Source of the DNA: Geosiphon pyriformis uo1
Lineage: Eukaryota > Fungi > Glomeromycota
NCBI GenBank assembly: GCA_016748015.1
Contig: JAAOMT010000441.1
Location: forward strand, 1-64,000
Direction of reading: 5' to 3'
Length of the DNA: 64,000 nucleotides
Under the pieces are notes generated by a model. The model did no database searches. It was not told the origin of the DNA and was given only the letters and a program-made list of their open reading frames with translations. The stretch's first letter is position 1; each line of letters starts with the position of its first letter. Position numbers and translations under genes: made by a program. This document shows, one piece after another, positions 54,281 through 64,000 of the stretch.

Positions 54281-54968
54281 TAATCTCCTTCTCAAGACTG
54301 AGCTCTGTCGAAATCCAAGCACTATCTGTAATATTGAAATAGTGATCTAAAATAATTAAAGTAATCTGGTCTGAAAATTGTTGAAATTTCAGTTCTGTAA
54401 GTTTGCCAATGTATTGGATTTTCATTGGTTGCAGTATTGGATTTTGTAGAACATTTTTACAAATATTAAACAAATTATAAAGTCTAAAAGCTGCTCTAAG
54501 TTTGTAGCGAGTGTTTGTTGGTCCAGCTGCTGTTTTGAATTCATTGTGGATTTGTTTTTGTATAGCTTTAGGAGTGAGATTTGTTGTTTCAAGTTCCAGT
54601 TTTCATTCATAAAGTGTCTTTCCAATGTGAAAGTATTTATAGATAGGGGTGTGTTTATTGTTCTGTTCATTGAGAAGTAGTAGAAGTTTTTGTTGTATTG
54701 TAGCATTTGGTAGAATGTCAATAGGAGCAATTAAAAGATTTTCTTCTAGTGCTTGCTTCAAAAGTCTTGGTAACCTATTTTCAGAGTGACTTCTCATTTT
54801 TCTTCTATAGGAGTAATAGTTCTGTAAATGATTTGCTACTGGAGCTGTGGTTTCTTTCTGAATGTAATTAATTTGACTTTCATTAATCGTTATGGATAAG
54901 TCAGGAAGTGTTTTTAAGGCTAACATTAACTTTTGGGATATTTGTTGAATATTTCGAAGAATAATCAT
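54261..54968 (-). pseudogene. Accessory ORF3 of element 3 (~235 codons, one internal TGA), unknown function
   Basis: ORFs 54603-54968 and 54261-54473 are in the same frame and are joined across a single stop; homologues occupy the same position in elements 1 and 2. Confidence 0.75.
54281..54293 (-). promoter_or_regulatory. Polypurine tract of element 3 (GAGAAGGAGATTA)
   Basis: Purine-rich run abutting the 3' LTR on the coding strand. Confidence 0.8.
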
Positions 54969-55121
54969 GATAAAATTGACTAATTATGAAAAGAAAAAAT
55001 AAGGAAAATTATTTTTGGAATATGGAGTTTTTATTTGTTTTTGGGTTTGGGTGTTTTTGTAATTTATTTACTATTTTTTTTTTTTCCTCTTTGTGTTTTT
55101 ATTGGGAAATTATTGTAAAAT

Positions 55122-56507
55122 TTAAGTGTTCAAGTTTGGTTGTTGTTCTATTATAATTATTGGTGCTAAATTTCGGAGAATATCTTCAGGATTAATTAAA
55201 GGGGAATGTGTACCAATTTGTGGAATTAATGGTTCAGGATTGTTTCTGGAATGATAGTGTTTCAATCTGTCTCTATGTGCAACTTTTGCTAGTATTTTGT
55301 TATCAAGTCTTAACTTATATGATCCATTGCCTAGAATTTCGTGAATATAAAATGGTCCATCCCATTTGTTTTCAAATTTCCCACTCCATTGTTTTTCAGC
55401 CTTAGTTCTGTGTAAGAGAACTTTATTTTCAACTTTAAATTCGTTGGTAATAGGTGGTAATTTGTTGTCATGTCTTTCTTTTTGTTGAGCTTGGGAATGT
55501 TCAATATGAGTTGCTGCTATTCTTCTTTTTCCTTCCAGTGTACTAAGAAGGGTGTAGGCTCTTTTTTGGAGTGTTTCTTGAAAGTTTTCTTCATTGATTG
55601 GTTGCACTAAGTATGTTTCCACTGTGAAATTAATTGGTAATGTTGCTGTTCTTCCATAAGTAAGATCAAATGGTGTGTGTTTCATAGTATCTTGTTTTAG
55701 TGTTCTGTATACTAGTAATACTGATAGAATAAAGATATCTCATTTCTGCTCAATATCTGTTGAAACTTTGGCTAGAGATTCACACAATGTTTTGTTGAAA
55801 CGTTCTACAAGTCCATTTGTTTGAGGGTGATAAGGTGATGATAAAGGTCTTTTGACATTGAACCGTTCATAAATTTCTTATATTAAATTGTTCACAAAAT
55901 GTGTTCCTTGATCAGATAAGAGTTCAATTGAGCATCCATGTCTACAGATAATGTCTTTATAGATGAAATTTGCTACTGATTTTGCATCTGCTCTTTGGAT
56001 GGCTCTAGCTTCAGGCCATTTGGTAAGATAATCTACTGCAACTGCAATATAATAATTTCCTTGGGTTGTGATAAGTAATGGTCCAACAAAATCAATTCCA
56101 ACTCTGTCAAAAGGTTGTCCAACTTTGATTGGATTTAAAGGTTCTGTGGGGCGAGTTTCTTCTCTTCTTTGACAATTATCACAAGATTCTATATATTGTC
56201 AAATGTCTTTTTACATGTGAGGCCAAAAATAATGTTCAAGGATTTTTTGAATTGTTTCCTCTTTTTCCAAGTGTGCTGAAAACGGATCTGTATACATGTT
56301 GTATAAAATTGTTTCTTTTTCATTCTCTTGTACTAATCTGAGTGGCTGGTTTGGTTTTCTGTAATTTTTATAATAGATTTTGTTCTGGTGTATAAAATAT
56401 TGTTTTGATTGGTGTTGTAAGTGGTGTTTTTTACTTGAAGACCAGTTTTCTAGCATGGTAAGAGTTTTCAAATAATTTTTAAGATTGCTGTAGTTTCTGG
56501 GATCCAT
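55122..56507 (-). pseudogene. Integrase of element 3 (HHCC, DDE, GPF; no chromodomain)
   Basis: GIDFVGP, LLSDQGTHF, PQTNGLVERFN and KWDGPFYIHEILGNGSYKL in one frame with point stops; starts MDPRNYSNL. Confidence 0.92.
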
Positions 56508-56564
56508 TCTTGTTTGGTTATTTTGTTAGTAAGTTGGTAAGTTGTGGTGAAATTGTTGTTGGTA

Positions 56565-59500
56565 TTAATCTTGTCTCATTTTTGAGAGGCTATCAACATT
56601 GGTATGTAGTTTTCCTGGTTTGTGGTTTACAATATATCTGTAGTCTGCTAGGAAGTCATTCCATTGAGACTGTTTAGCACTTTGTTCAGTTTTCTTTTTA
56701 TTGAGCCATTTGAGGCCAATGTTGTTCATTATTATGTCAAATTCTTTTCCATTCTTCAGATATTGTTGAAAATGTTTAAGAGCCCAAATAACTGCAGCAG
56801 CTTCTAATTCAGTTGAGCCATATTTGAGTTCTGTTGGCTTAAGTGTTCTGCTAGCATAGGCAATAACTTGTTTTTGGCCATTTTCATCCAATTGTGATAA
56901 GATGGCACCAAATGCTATGTGTGAGACATCAGTGGCTAATTGGAATTGTTTGTTGAAGTCTGGGTAAGTAAAAACTGGGGCTGTTGTCAATTTTGTTTTG
57001 AGAATTTCAAAAGCTTTTTGTTGTTCTTCAATCTATTTGTATGGTACGTTTTTGTTGGTCAGATAATTGAGTGGTTTGGCAATTTCTGAGAATTCTTTTA
57101 TGAATTTTCGATAGTAAGAGACTAATTTCACAAATCTTCTTAGTTCTGTAGTATTTCTGGGAGTTTGAAAGTTTTTGACAGCACTGATTGTTTTTGGATT
57201 TGGTTTGATTCCATCTTTACTAACTATGTGTCCAAGAAAGATCAAGCTTGTTTTTTCAAAGTGACATTTTTTAATATTTAACTTTAATCCTGCTTTCCAT
57301 AATCGTTGAAAAACTTCTCGCAGGTAAATGAAATAGGCTTCAAAGCTTGGTGAGTATACATCAGTATTATCAAGATAAACAACTACTGATTGTCACAAGA
57401 GTCCTTCATAGACAACATCCATAAGTTGCTGAAATGTTGCTGGTGTATTGCAGAATTCAAAAGACATAACATTAAACTCATAGTTTCCTTCTTGAGTGGT
57501 GAATGCTGTTTTGGGTCTATCTTTTGGGTCCATTTCGACTTGCCAGTATTCACTTTCTAGGTCTAAAGTTGAAAAGAACTTGGCTTTTCCTAGAGCATTT
57601 AGCATGTCATTAATTCTTGGAAGAGAGTAGACATCTCCAATTGTAACACTATTCAGTTGTCTATAATTAACACAGAATCTGATTTTTCCGTTTTTCTTTT
57701 TAACTAAAACTACTGGTGAGGCCCAAGGACTTTTTGATAATTGAATCAATTCGTTATTGAGCATTCTTTGGACCTTTTCTCTGATGAATTGGTGGCTGGC
57801 AGGTGGCATTCGATAAGCTTGTTAATATTTTGGTAGAGCATCTTCTGTATGGATCTGATGTTGAACAATGTTTGTTTTTCCCAAGTCATTGTTGTCTTTT
57901 GCAAATATATCTGCAAATTCAGCTATCAATTGTTTCAATTGTCTCAATTGTCTTTGTTGTTGAGGTTTTAAGGGACCCATATTGATTTGAGAGAGTTTTT
58001 CTTCCAACAAGTGATAGTTTTCAGTAGTGGAAATGATATTTGAATTTGGGAGTAGTGTGTGCTTTACAATTTCGATGAAATTAGAGACAATTTGAGGGTT
58101 TTCATCTTGAAAGATATTGCTGTGTATGATTCTAATTTCTAATTTGTTTAATAAAACAACAGGGTAATTATTGAGATTGTAGAATATAACTTGAAATTTT
58201 TTCATTCCTTTGGGAATATAAACGTTTGGAATTGATATTTCATGCTTCAAACAAATTTGTTCATTGGATTCAAAGATTTGTTGGGTAGTAGTGGGTTTTG
58301 AGCAAGTGTAAATTTCGTGATATTCTCCAAAAGATGAAATGGTAATTGGTTGAAGAAGTTGAAGAATCTGGTAAGATTCATTTTGTGTATTAAGAGCTAT
58401 GTTTACTGGAACTGTAAATTGTCCAGTTGAACCAAAACCTTGAGTTCTTCTTTTATTTTTTCCCAATTGTTCTCTGTTGTTTACTGATTGTAAACCCAAA
58501 ATGTTGATTAAGGGTAAGTAAATTGCTTGAGCAATTTTTTCAGCATGTTCAATTTTGAATAATTTGTCTGTCTCATTCTGTAACATAATAGTAATGTCTC
58601 CAGTGTATTCTGCATCTATAACTCCTCCTCTAATATTGATTTCTTTGCTTGCCAATAATGATTTGAAGGCAATTTGAATCATTGCTCCTGGTGGAATTTC
58701 AAGAGCAATTTTGAGATTGATTTTTGTCAAAGACTTTGGTTGGAGAACCAAAGTATCTTTTCCTGGGTATCTTAGGTCATATCCAACATCAATTTCGTGT
58801 GCTTTTTCTGGTCTAATTCCTTGGCCATGGTTGTCAAAATATTTAAGTTGTAGAGATAGTTGCTTTTCAAGAAGATAGATGAGAGTGGTTGGTAGTTCTT
58901 CTACTAGTTCAGATACTCCAAATTCGATTTCATTTTCATCATTCCCATCTGGCAGAGGAATGCTAAGAGCATAACATTCTAAACACCATTGGTTATCACA
59001 AGACATAACACATTCTTTACACAATTGAATGTTCATTTGCTCTAATCGTTGAATTTAAGCTTCTTTGGTCAAATATGTGTGGCTTGCAATTTGGTGGTAG
59101 GTTTCTACTTCATCTTCATAATCAAATCCAGCTAATTCCATGGTATACTCAATATATTCAGCTTTTTTTATTTGGTGGACATCTTCTTGAGTGGCTCTAT
59201 TAATCAATGTCATTGCTAGGTCAAAAATTATTTCAGCATCATGAGGGTAGTGGTAAAGTTTATTGAGAGCACTGTTGTATGCTGCATTAAATAGTGTTTC
59301 TTTTCTGACTTTTTCCGAAATTAATAGAGCATATTGACAGATTTGATCACATACTCCTCCTCTTATTGCTACATCAATCCAATTGCATTCTTCTAATAGC
59401 ATTTCTCTACATGTAAGGCAAGGTGTGTTGTCCTATTTTCCACTTTTTTTTGGAGATCCAAATCGTTCTCTATGGCATGCTTTGCAAAAGTAACAGGTAT

Positions 59501-62198
59501 GAGTTTTATATTCCTCTTCTGGAAAAATACATGCTCCCATTGATGAAAGTTTTTTGTTGCAATCTTTGCATTTGAGTGGAATATAGAGTGGTTGTTTCTG
59601 TAGTTCTGGTGTAGAATATCTAACTTTCTTCCATCTCCTTGATTCTTCAAAAATCTCTTGTTCTGTTTCTTCAGCCCAATTGGATGTTGATCCAAGAGCC
59701 ATGTAGGTTTCAGTAAGTGGCATTTCTTTCTTCTCTTCAAATTTAAATACTGGAGCTTTTTCTGATCATTTGTTAAAAGTACCACAGATTGTAGGTACTA
59801 TAGTATATTGTCCTTGGTATAAGATTTTAAGTTCTTGAGTTTCCCAGTTCAGGTTTGCATTGGTCTTGAGAAGCCAATCATTTCCGACTAGAGCTTGATA
59901 TTGGGGTGCATCCATAACAAGAATTTTAATTAGAATGGTAATTCCATCAATTGAAAAAGGGAAATCATCAATTTCTTCTAATCGAGTCTTTTTTATACTA
60001 TCAGCTGTGACAATAACTGTTTGAGCTGGTCTGTCTACATTTTGTTTGAGTTGTTGCATCAGCTGATAAGTGATGATACTTCCAGCTGATCCACTATCTA
60101 AGATTAAGTGAATGGGTTTTCCTTCTACTGTAGCTTCTGTGTACATAGCAGTAATTGCTTTCTGTTCATTGACTGCTGCATTACTAAGCAGAAATGGTAA
60201 TTCATTTGCTTTAAATTCAAATGAAAATATATCTGACAGATTAGCATTTTGGGCAATTTGAGCTGATGGAATGGTATGGTTGGAAGGGTTTGATCTTAGC
60301 ACTGCAACTTCATTTTCAGAAAGTGCAATTTGTTGAAAATCCGATTTCTCTGATATTGTAAGATAACTGGGTTGAGTATAATAGTGATTGGGTCTTTGCT
60401 AACCCAAATTTCGAGGAACCAACTGGTTATTTAAATTGATTCTATTGTGGTTATTCTGCAATTGATTTTGGGATGTAAATTGGTTATATTAAACCAATCT
60501 TCTTGCTGGTATTTGATATTGTTGAATGGGTGGTGTCTGATATGGCTGAATTGGTAAAGGTTGCTAATATTGTTGCTGTATTGGTTGTGGAGCTGGTGGA
60601 TAGTAACTGTTTTAATTTTGTGGTCTTGGTAAATAATAGGTTGGTAGTGGAGATTGGTAATAGAATTGTTGTGGTAAAAAGTAATGTTGATTACTTCTGT
60701 TTTGTTGGTCTCTTTGCAGTTTTCTGCAATCTTGTTTCCAGTGTCCTAGAATTCCACAATAATGACAATTTTGAGGTTGGTTGTTGAAGGGTGATCCAAA
60801 ACTGTTTTGGTTGTATCATTGTAGTGGTTGATATCTTTGTGATTGTTGCTGCTGTTGTTGTTGGTTTGTAAAATAGCTTTCAACTTTCTTTGTGAGTTGG
60901 TCTATCTTTTTTTCAGCTGCTAAGCTGGTTTCTCCAATTGCAAGATTTACAAGCTTGGTGTGATTTGCTTCTTCCATTGCCATTTTATTGCTTTTTGCAT
61001 ATCTAATAGCAATTGCTAAGTCTGCTGGAGCATGTGGACAGACTTTTTTAATCAGTTTGTCTTTTAACCCTGCTATAAACTGATCCAGAATTTGAGCATT
61101 AGAATAGTAATCATTGGTTTCTAATTGTTGGATTCGTCTAAAAAGTTTGTTAAATCTTCCAAGATAGGTCATAACAGATTCAGATGTTTCTTGTTTGATA
61201 TTGTAAAAGCGGTTTCTGAGAGTGATAGAGGTATTGTTGTCAGTAAATTGTTGTAGAAAAGCATCTTTGAATGCTTGCCAGTTTTCAAATGGTTCTTCTA
61301 AGTTTTCAAACCATTCTCTTGCTGTTCCTTGGAGAAAGTAGAGAATTGCTTTGAGCATTCTTGCTGCAATCCAACTATGTGCATTTCTTGCTTTTTGAAT
61401 CTTGTCAAGTCATTCTTGAGGACTGGTATCATTGTCTTCACCAGTGAATTCTGGGATTTTTGCAATGTAAGCAGTTGTCATTTCTTTTTTGTTTTCTGTA
61501 ATTTCTTCTGGTTCTGATTCAGTTTCTTCACTTTCCAAGCTTTCTGAGTGATTACTTTCGTTTTCCTGTAAGTAATCAATGATATTGGCACTTGTTGATA
61601 TTTGTTTCTGTTGTTGAGTAGGATTTCTAGGTGACTGAAAATCTTCTGGTCTGGAAAAATGGCTAAGTGGTAAACTTGGTGTTTGTGGTTGAACAAGTGA
61701 AATTAGAAATGGTGTAATAGAAAGTGGTAATTTGACACTGGTTCCTTGTTCAGGTGTTTGCAAATGTTTGGCAGTTGTCTTTTGTAATATTGGAATGTTT
61801 GGAGTGGTTCTGGAGTATTGCTTCAATCTTTGTTTGTCTTTGTTGCTTGTTTCTGTTTCTGATTCAAAGTCAAAAAAGTATTTAGACTGTACTGGATATT
61901 TTTCTTTACAATACTCAATAATATTAAAATTAAGTTCTTGGAAGTAGGTAGCAAGTGTTTCACTGTTCAGGTCTTCTGTTCCTAATTGTGAATAGTGCAC
62001 TAAATTATTGTAGAGGTTGCTTTTAACTTCTGAAATATTGTAGTTTCCAAAAAGATAATTGTTGATGTGGTTTTCAATGTATTGGTATACTGATTTCTTT
62101 ACAACTTCAATTCCGTTTGGAATGTTGAATCTTTGTTTGCAGTGAGTGTAAATTGACTGGTAATACTCTAGAGTTGCTGTGTCTGGTGTGGTCGCCAC
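56565..62198 (-). pseudogene. Single-frame gag-pol of element 3: N-terminal extension, capsid, CCHC knuckle, protease, Cys-rich insert, dUTPase, RT, RNase H
   Basis: All fragments (starts at 62198, 61358, 60302, 59723, 59402, 59036, 57809, 57245, 56990) share one reading frame. Motifs: AREWFENL, CHYCGILGHWKQDC (~60725-60768), LILDSGSAGS, SPWASPVVLV, YWQV, YLDN (decayed YLDD), ATDVS and TELEAAA. Confidence 0.93.
58420..58815 (-). other. Trimeric dUTPase domain within pol of element 3
   Basis: The five motifs appear in order: VGYDL, FKSLLA (decayed RSS), GVIDAEYTG, KIAQAI and RRTQGFGSTG. Confidence 0.93.
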
Positions 62199-62221
62199 TT
62201 TGAATTTGTTGTTGCTGTGTT

Positions 62222-62241
62222 ATTTCCGTGAGAGAGCACCA
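62222..62241 (-). promoter_or_regulatory. Putative primer-binding site of element 3 (TGGTGCTCTCTCACGGAAAT)
   Basis: Begins with TGG 2 nt from the 5' LTR end; the tRNA was not identified. Confidence 0.75.
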
Positions 62242-62243
62242 AA

Positions 62244-63248
62244 TGTTACCAGAGGTTTTTGGTCTCTTTTTTTGAATGTTATAACTGTCTGTTGGTTGCA
62301 AATTCATGTTTTCTAGAAGTAGTTGAACTTCCAATAACTGAATTTATCTTCAAATTATCTTCTATAATTTGAACTGCTGGGCTTATAAGTAGAATGGCCA
62401 ATTCCTTGTCAGTTACTTTATGTAGTTACATTGTAGTAAACGTCAACTCTTTCCCAGGAATTGCTCATCTGAAAGCTCACTAAAAATGTGTAGTTACTTT
62501 GCTGTGAAAGTCAACTCTTCTACAGGAATCTCGTCTGTAGGCTACCCTAATGATTGTAATAAGAAAATAAAAGAAAAATAAAAGAAATATAAAAGAAATA
62601 TAAAAGAAATAGAATTCTGTCAAGGGAAACGTTTTCTATCCAGGCCTGGAGTCACCAACAGTTTACTGAAATTGGTAGCTAATCAATTTCAAAACATTAG
62701 TTGGGTTTTTGGAGATTTTTCAAGTGCAATATTTAAAGAAATTGGTTTTTCAAATTATTTGATATTTTATTTCTTTTTGTGTGTATAGGAATGGTTCTAA
62801 GTAATAAATCTAAAGTAAGATACATTTTCTTGAAGAGAAAAGCTTTTCTTTTATACAACTTGTTGTAGTACTAGTCTATGAACTTGCATTTTTTCTTTTT
62901 GCTCAAATTTCGGTAAACTAAAGATATATTTTGATGAACTACAAGTTATTTCGCTGAACTATTGATTAATTTGGGTGAACTATTCATAATTTCGGCAAAT
63001 TTCTTATAAATTTCAGCAAATTTCTGTAAATTTTGGCAAATTTTAGAATGTTACAAAGTTCAGGGTATTGTGTAATTTGATCATCCTACTTTTTGTTATA
63101 CTAATTAGATTCTTTTAATTGAATCATGATATGTAATAATTGATTAAATAATAAATAATAATTTGAAATGATATTAATATACTAATTAATTATAGGAATT
63201 ATAAGGGTAATTTCATGCTAATTAATAGCTAAAATTTTACTGGTAACA
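62244..63248 (-). repeat. 5' LTR of element 3 (1005 bp)
   Basis: TGTTACC...GGTAACA termini, followed by the CCAT TSD. Confidence 0.97.
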
Positions 63249-63696
63249 CCATGTTCATCTGTTCCAATTGTTCTGGTTGGAGCAGATAACATTTACTTCA
63301 TTTATAGATGATTTGTGATGTAATGTCCACATATCTACAAAGCTATAAAAAATCTGGAATGTGATTTGGTGATTGATCCTCAACTTTAGTGGTCAAATAT
63401 CTAATAATAGTTCTCTTTGGTATTTTAATAACACTTTCAGTTGTGTTGTAGATAGAAATTTTGATGTTTTTGGGGCTTTTGACTGATATGTAGAGATTAA
63501 TGAGTCCAATCTCTTTTGATTCGCAAATGGTGGCTTTTGCTTCAAACAACTAAGCCTGATTCTTTACTTTTCTTTTTATAGGTAACATATACTGGTTATA
63601 TGGTAAAATGAAAATTGATTGACGGGTTGAGATAATTTCTCTTTTGTCAATAACCTCTTTCTCTGCCATATTAACTGGTATGTCTATTCTACCCAT

Positions 63697-64000
63697 TGTT
63701 ACTCATAGAAATATAGGAAATATATTAGCATAATTATTAGCCAATCAGAAGTAGGCATAGTAAATATGGAATTCCAGAATTCCCCAATGAGGAATTGCAG
63801 AATTTCAAAATTCCAGAATTCCTCTCAAAAGAATCGCAGGATTCCAAGAATTCCAGGATTTCTGTCATGAAGAATCGAGAAATTGAGGAATCTCAATTAT
63901 GTATATATAGCAGTAAGATTAGAAGCTGAAAAGACAGACCTCTTAGTTTAGATTTAATAAAAACAACTCTCCAAATCACAAGCATCTAATAAATAACTAT
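63697..64000 (+). mobile_element. Start of the LTR of element 4, opposite orientation, inserted in pol of element 2
   Basis: Element 2 coding sequence stops at cccat|TGTTACTCAT. What follows (agccaatcagaagtaggcatagtaa, gaattccagaa repeats, TATATA) resembles the reverse complement of the LTR ends at ~39840-40063 and 49775. Confidence 0.85.

Larger units (their letters stand above)
53268..63248 (-). mobile_element. Complete Ty3/Gypsy LTR retrotransposon 3 (~10 kb) with dUTPase
   Basis: Two ~1-kb LTRs with TGTTACC...GGTAACA ends, 4-bp TSD CCAT (53264-53267 and 63249-63252), PBS, PPT and all coding domains. Confidence 0.97.
48892..63696 (-). mobile_element. Ty3/Gypsy LTR retrotransposon 2 (partial), interrupted by element 3 (53268-63248) and element 4 (from 63697)
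   Basis: 3' LTR 48892-49775, accessory ORF 50425-~49770, integrase 51863-~50490, RNase H and RT (MPFGLMNAP, YLDD) ~51894-53240. The coding sequence resumes exactly at 63249 (QMNM|GNLDPF joined across the insertion). Confidence 0.9.

Noticed and set aside
54261-54968. Env gene / endogenous retrovirus call
   Set aside because: Too short, with no signal peptide, furin site or transmembrane anchor; kept as an unknown accessory ORF.
55122-55300. Chromodomain at the integrase C-terminus (chromovirus)
   Set aside because: After the GPF module there is only a short P/I-rich tail and no Y-L-V-K-W-K-G-Y-type motif.

Overview
AT-rich, intron-containing fungal DNA. The Sel1/kinase gene, the tyrosine-kinase-like (TKL) kinase style and the transposon families suggest a Glomeromycotina (arbuscular-mycorrhizal/Geosiphon-like) genome; this is an inference. 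Left half: one intact 5-exon gene for a coiled-coil + FYVE protein (10424-12824). It lies between the two arms of an inverted duplication (1-~1150 and ~17800-19086) that includes the end of a decayed Tc1/mariner element. Next come a pseudogenised Sel1-repeat array fused to a C-terminal TKL kinase (~20855-25551, minus strand) and an assembly gap with a duplicated overlap. Right half: a nested retroelement stack. A heavily mutated LINE (endonuclease-RT-RNase H) is interrupted by Ty3/Gypsy element 1; element 2 sits in the 5' LTR of element 1; a complete element 3 (LTRs 53268-54280 and 62244-63248, CCAT target-site duplication (TSD)) and the start of element 4 sit inside the pol of element 2. The best candidate for a novel system is the architecture of these LTR elements: extended gag-PR-Cys-rich insert-dUTPase-RT-RNase H, then a conserved stop, then an integrase with its own ATG, then a conserved non-env accessory ORF next to the 3' LTR. 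They also show an apparent CAT/ATG target preference and almost pure C>T/G>A decay enriched at CC/GG doublets. All alignments and counts were made by eye.
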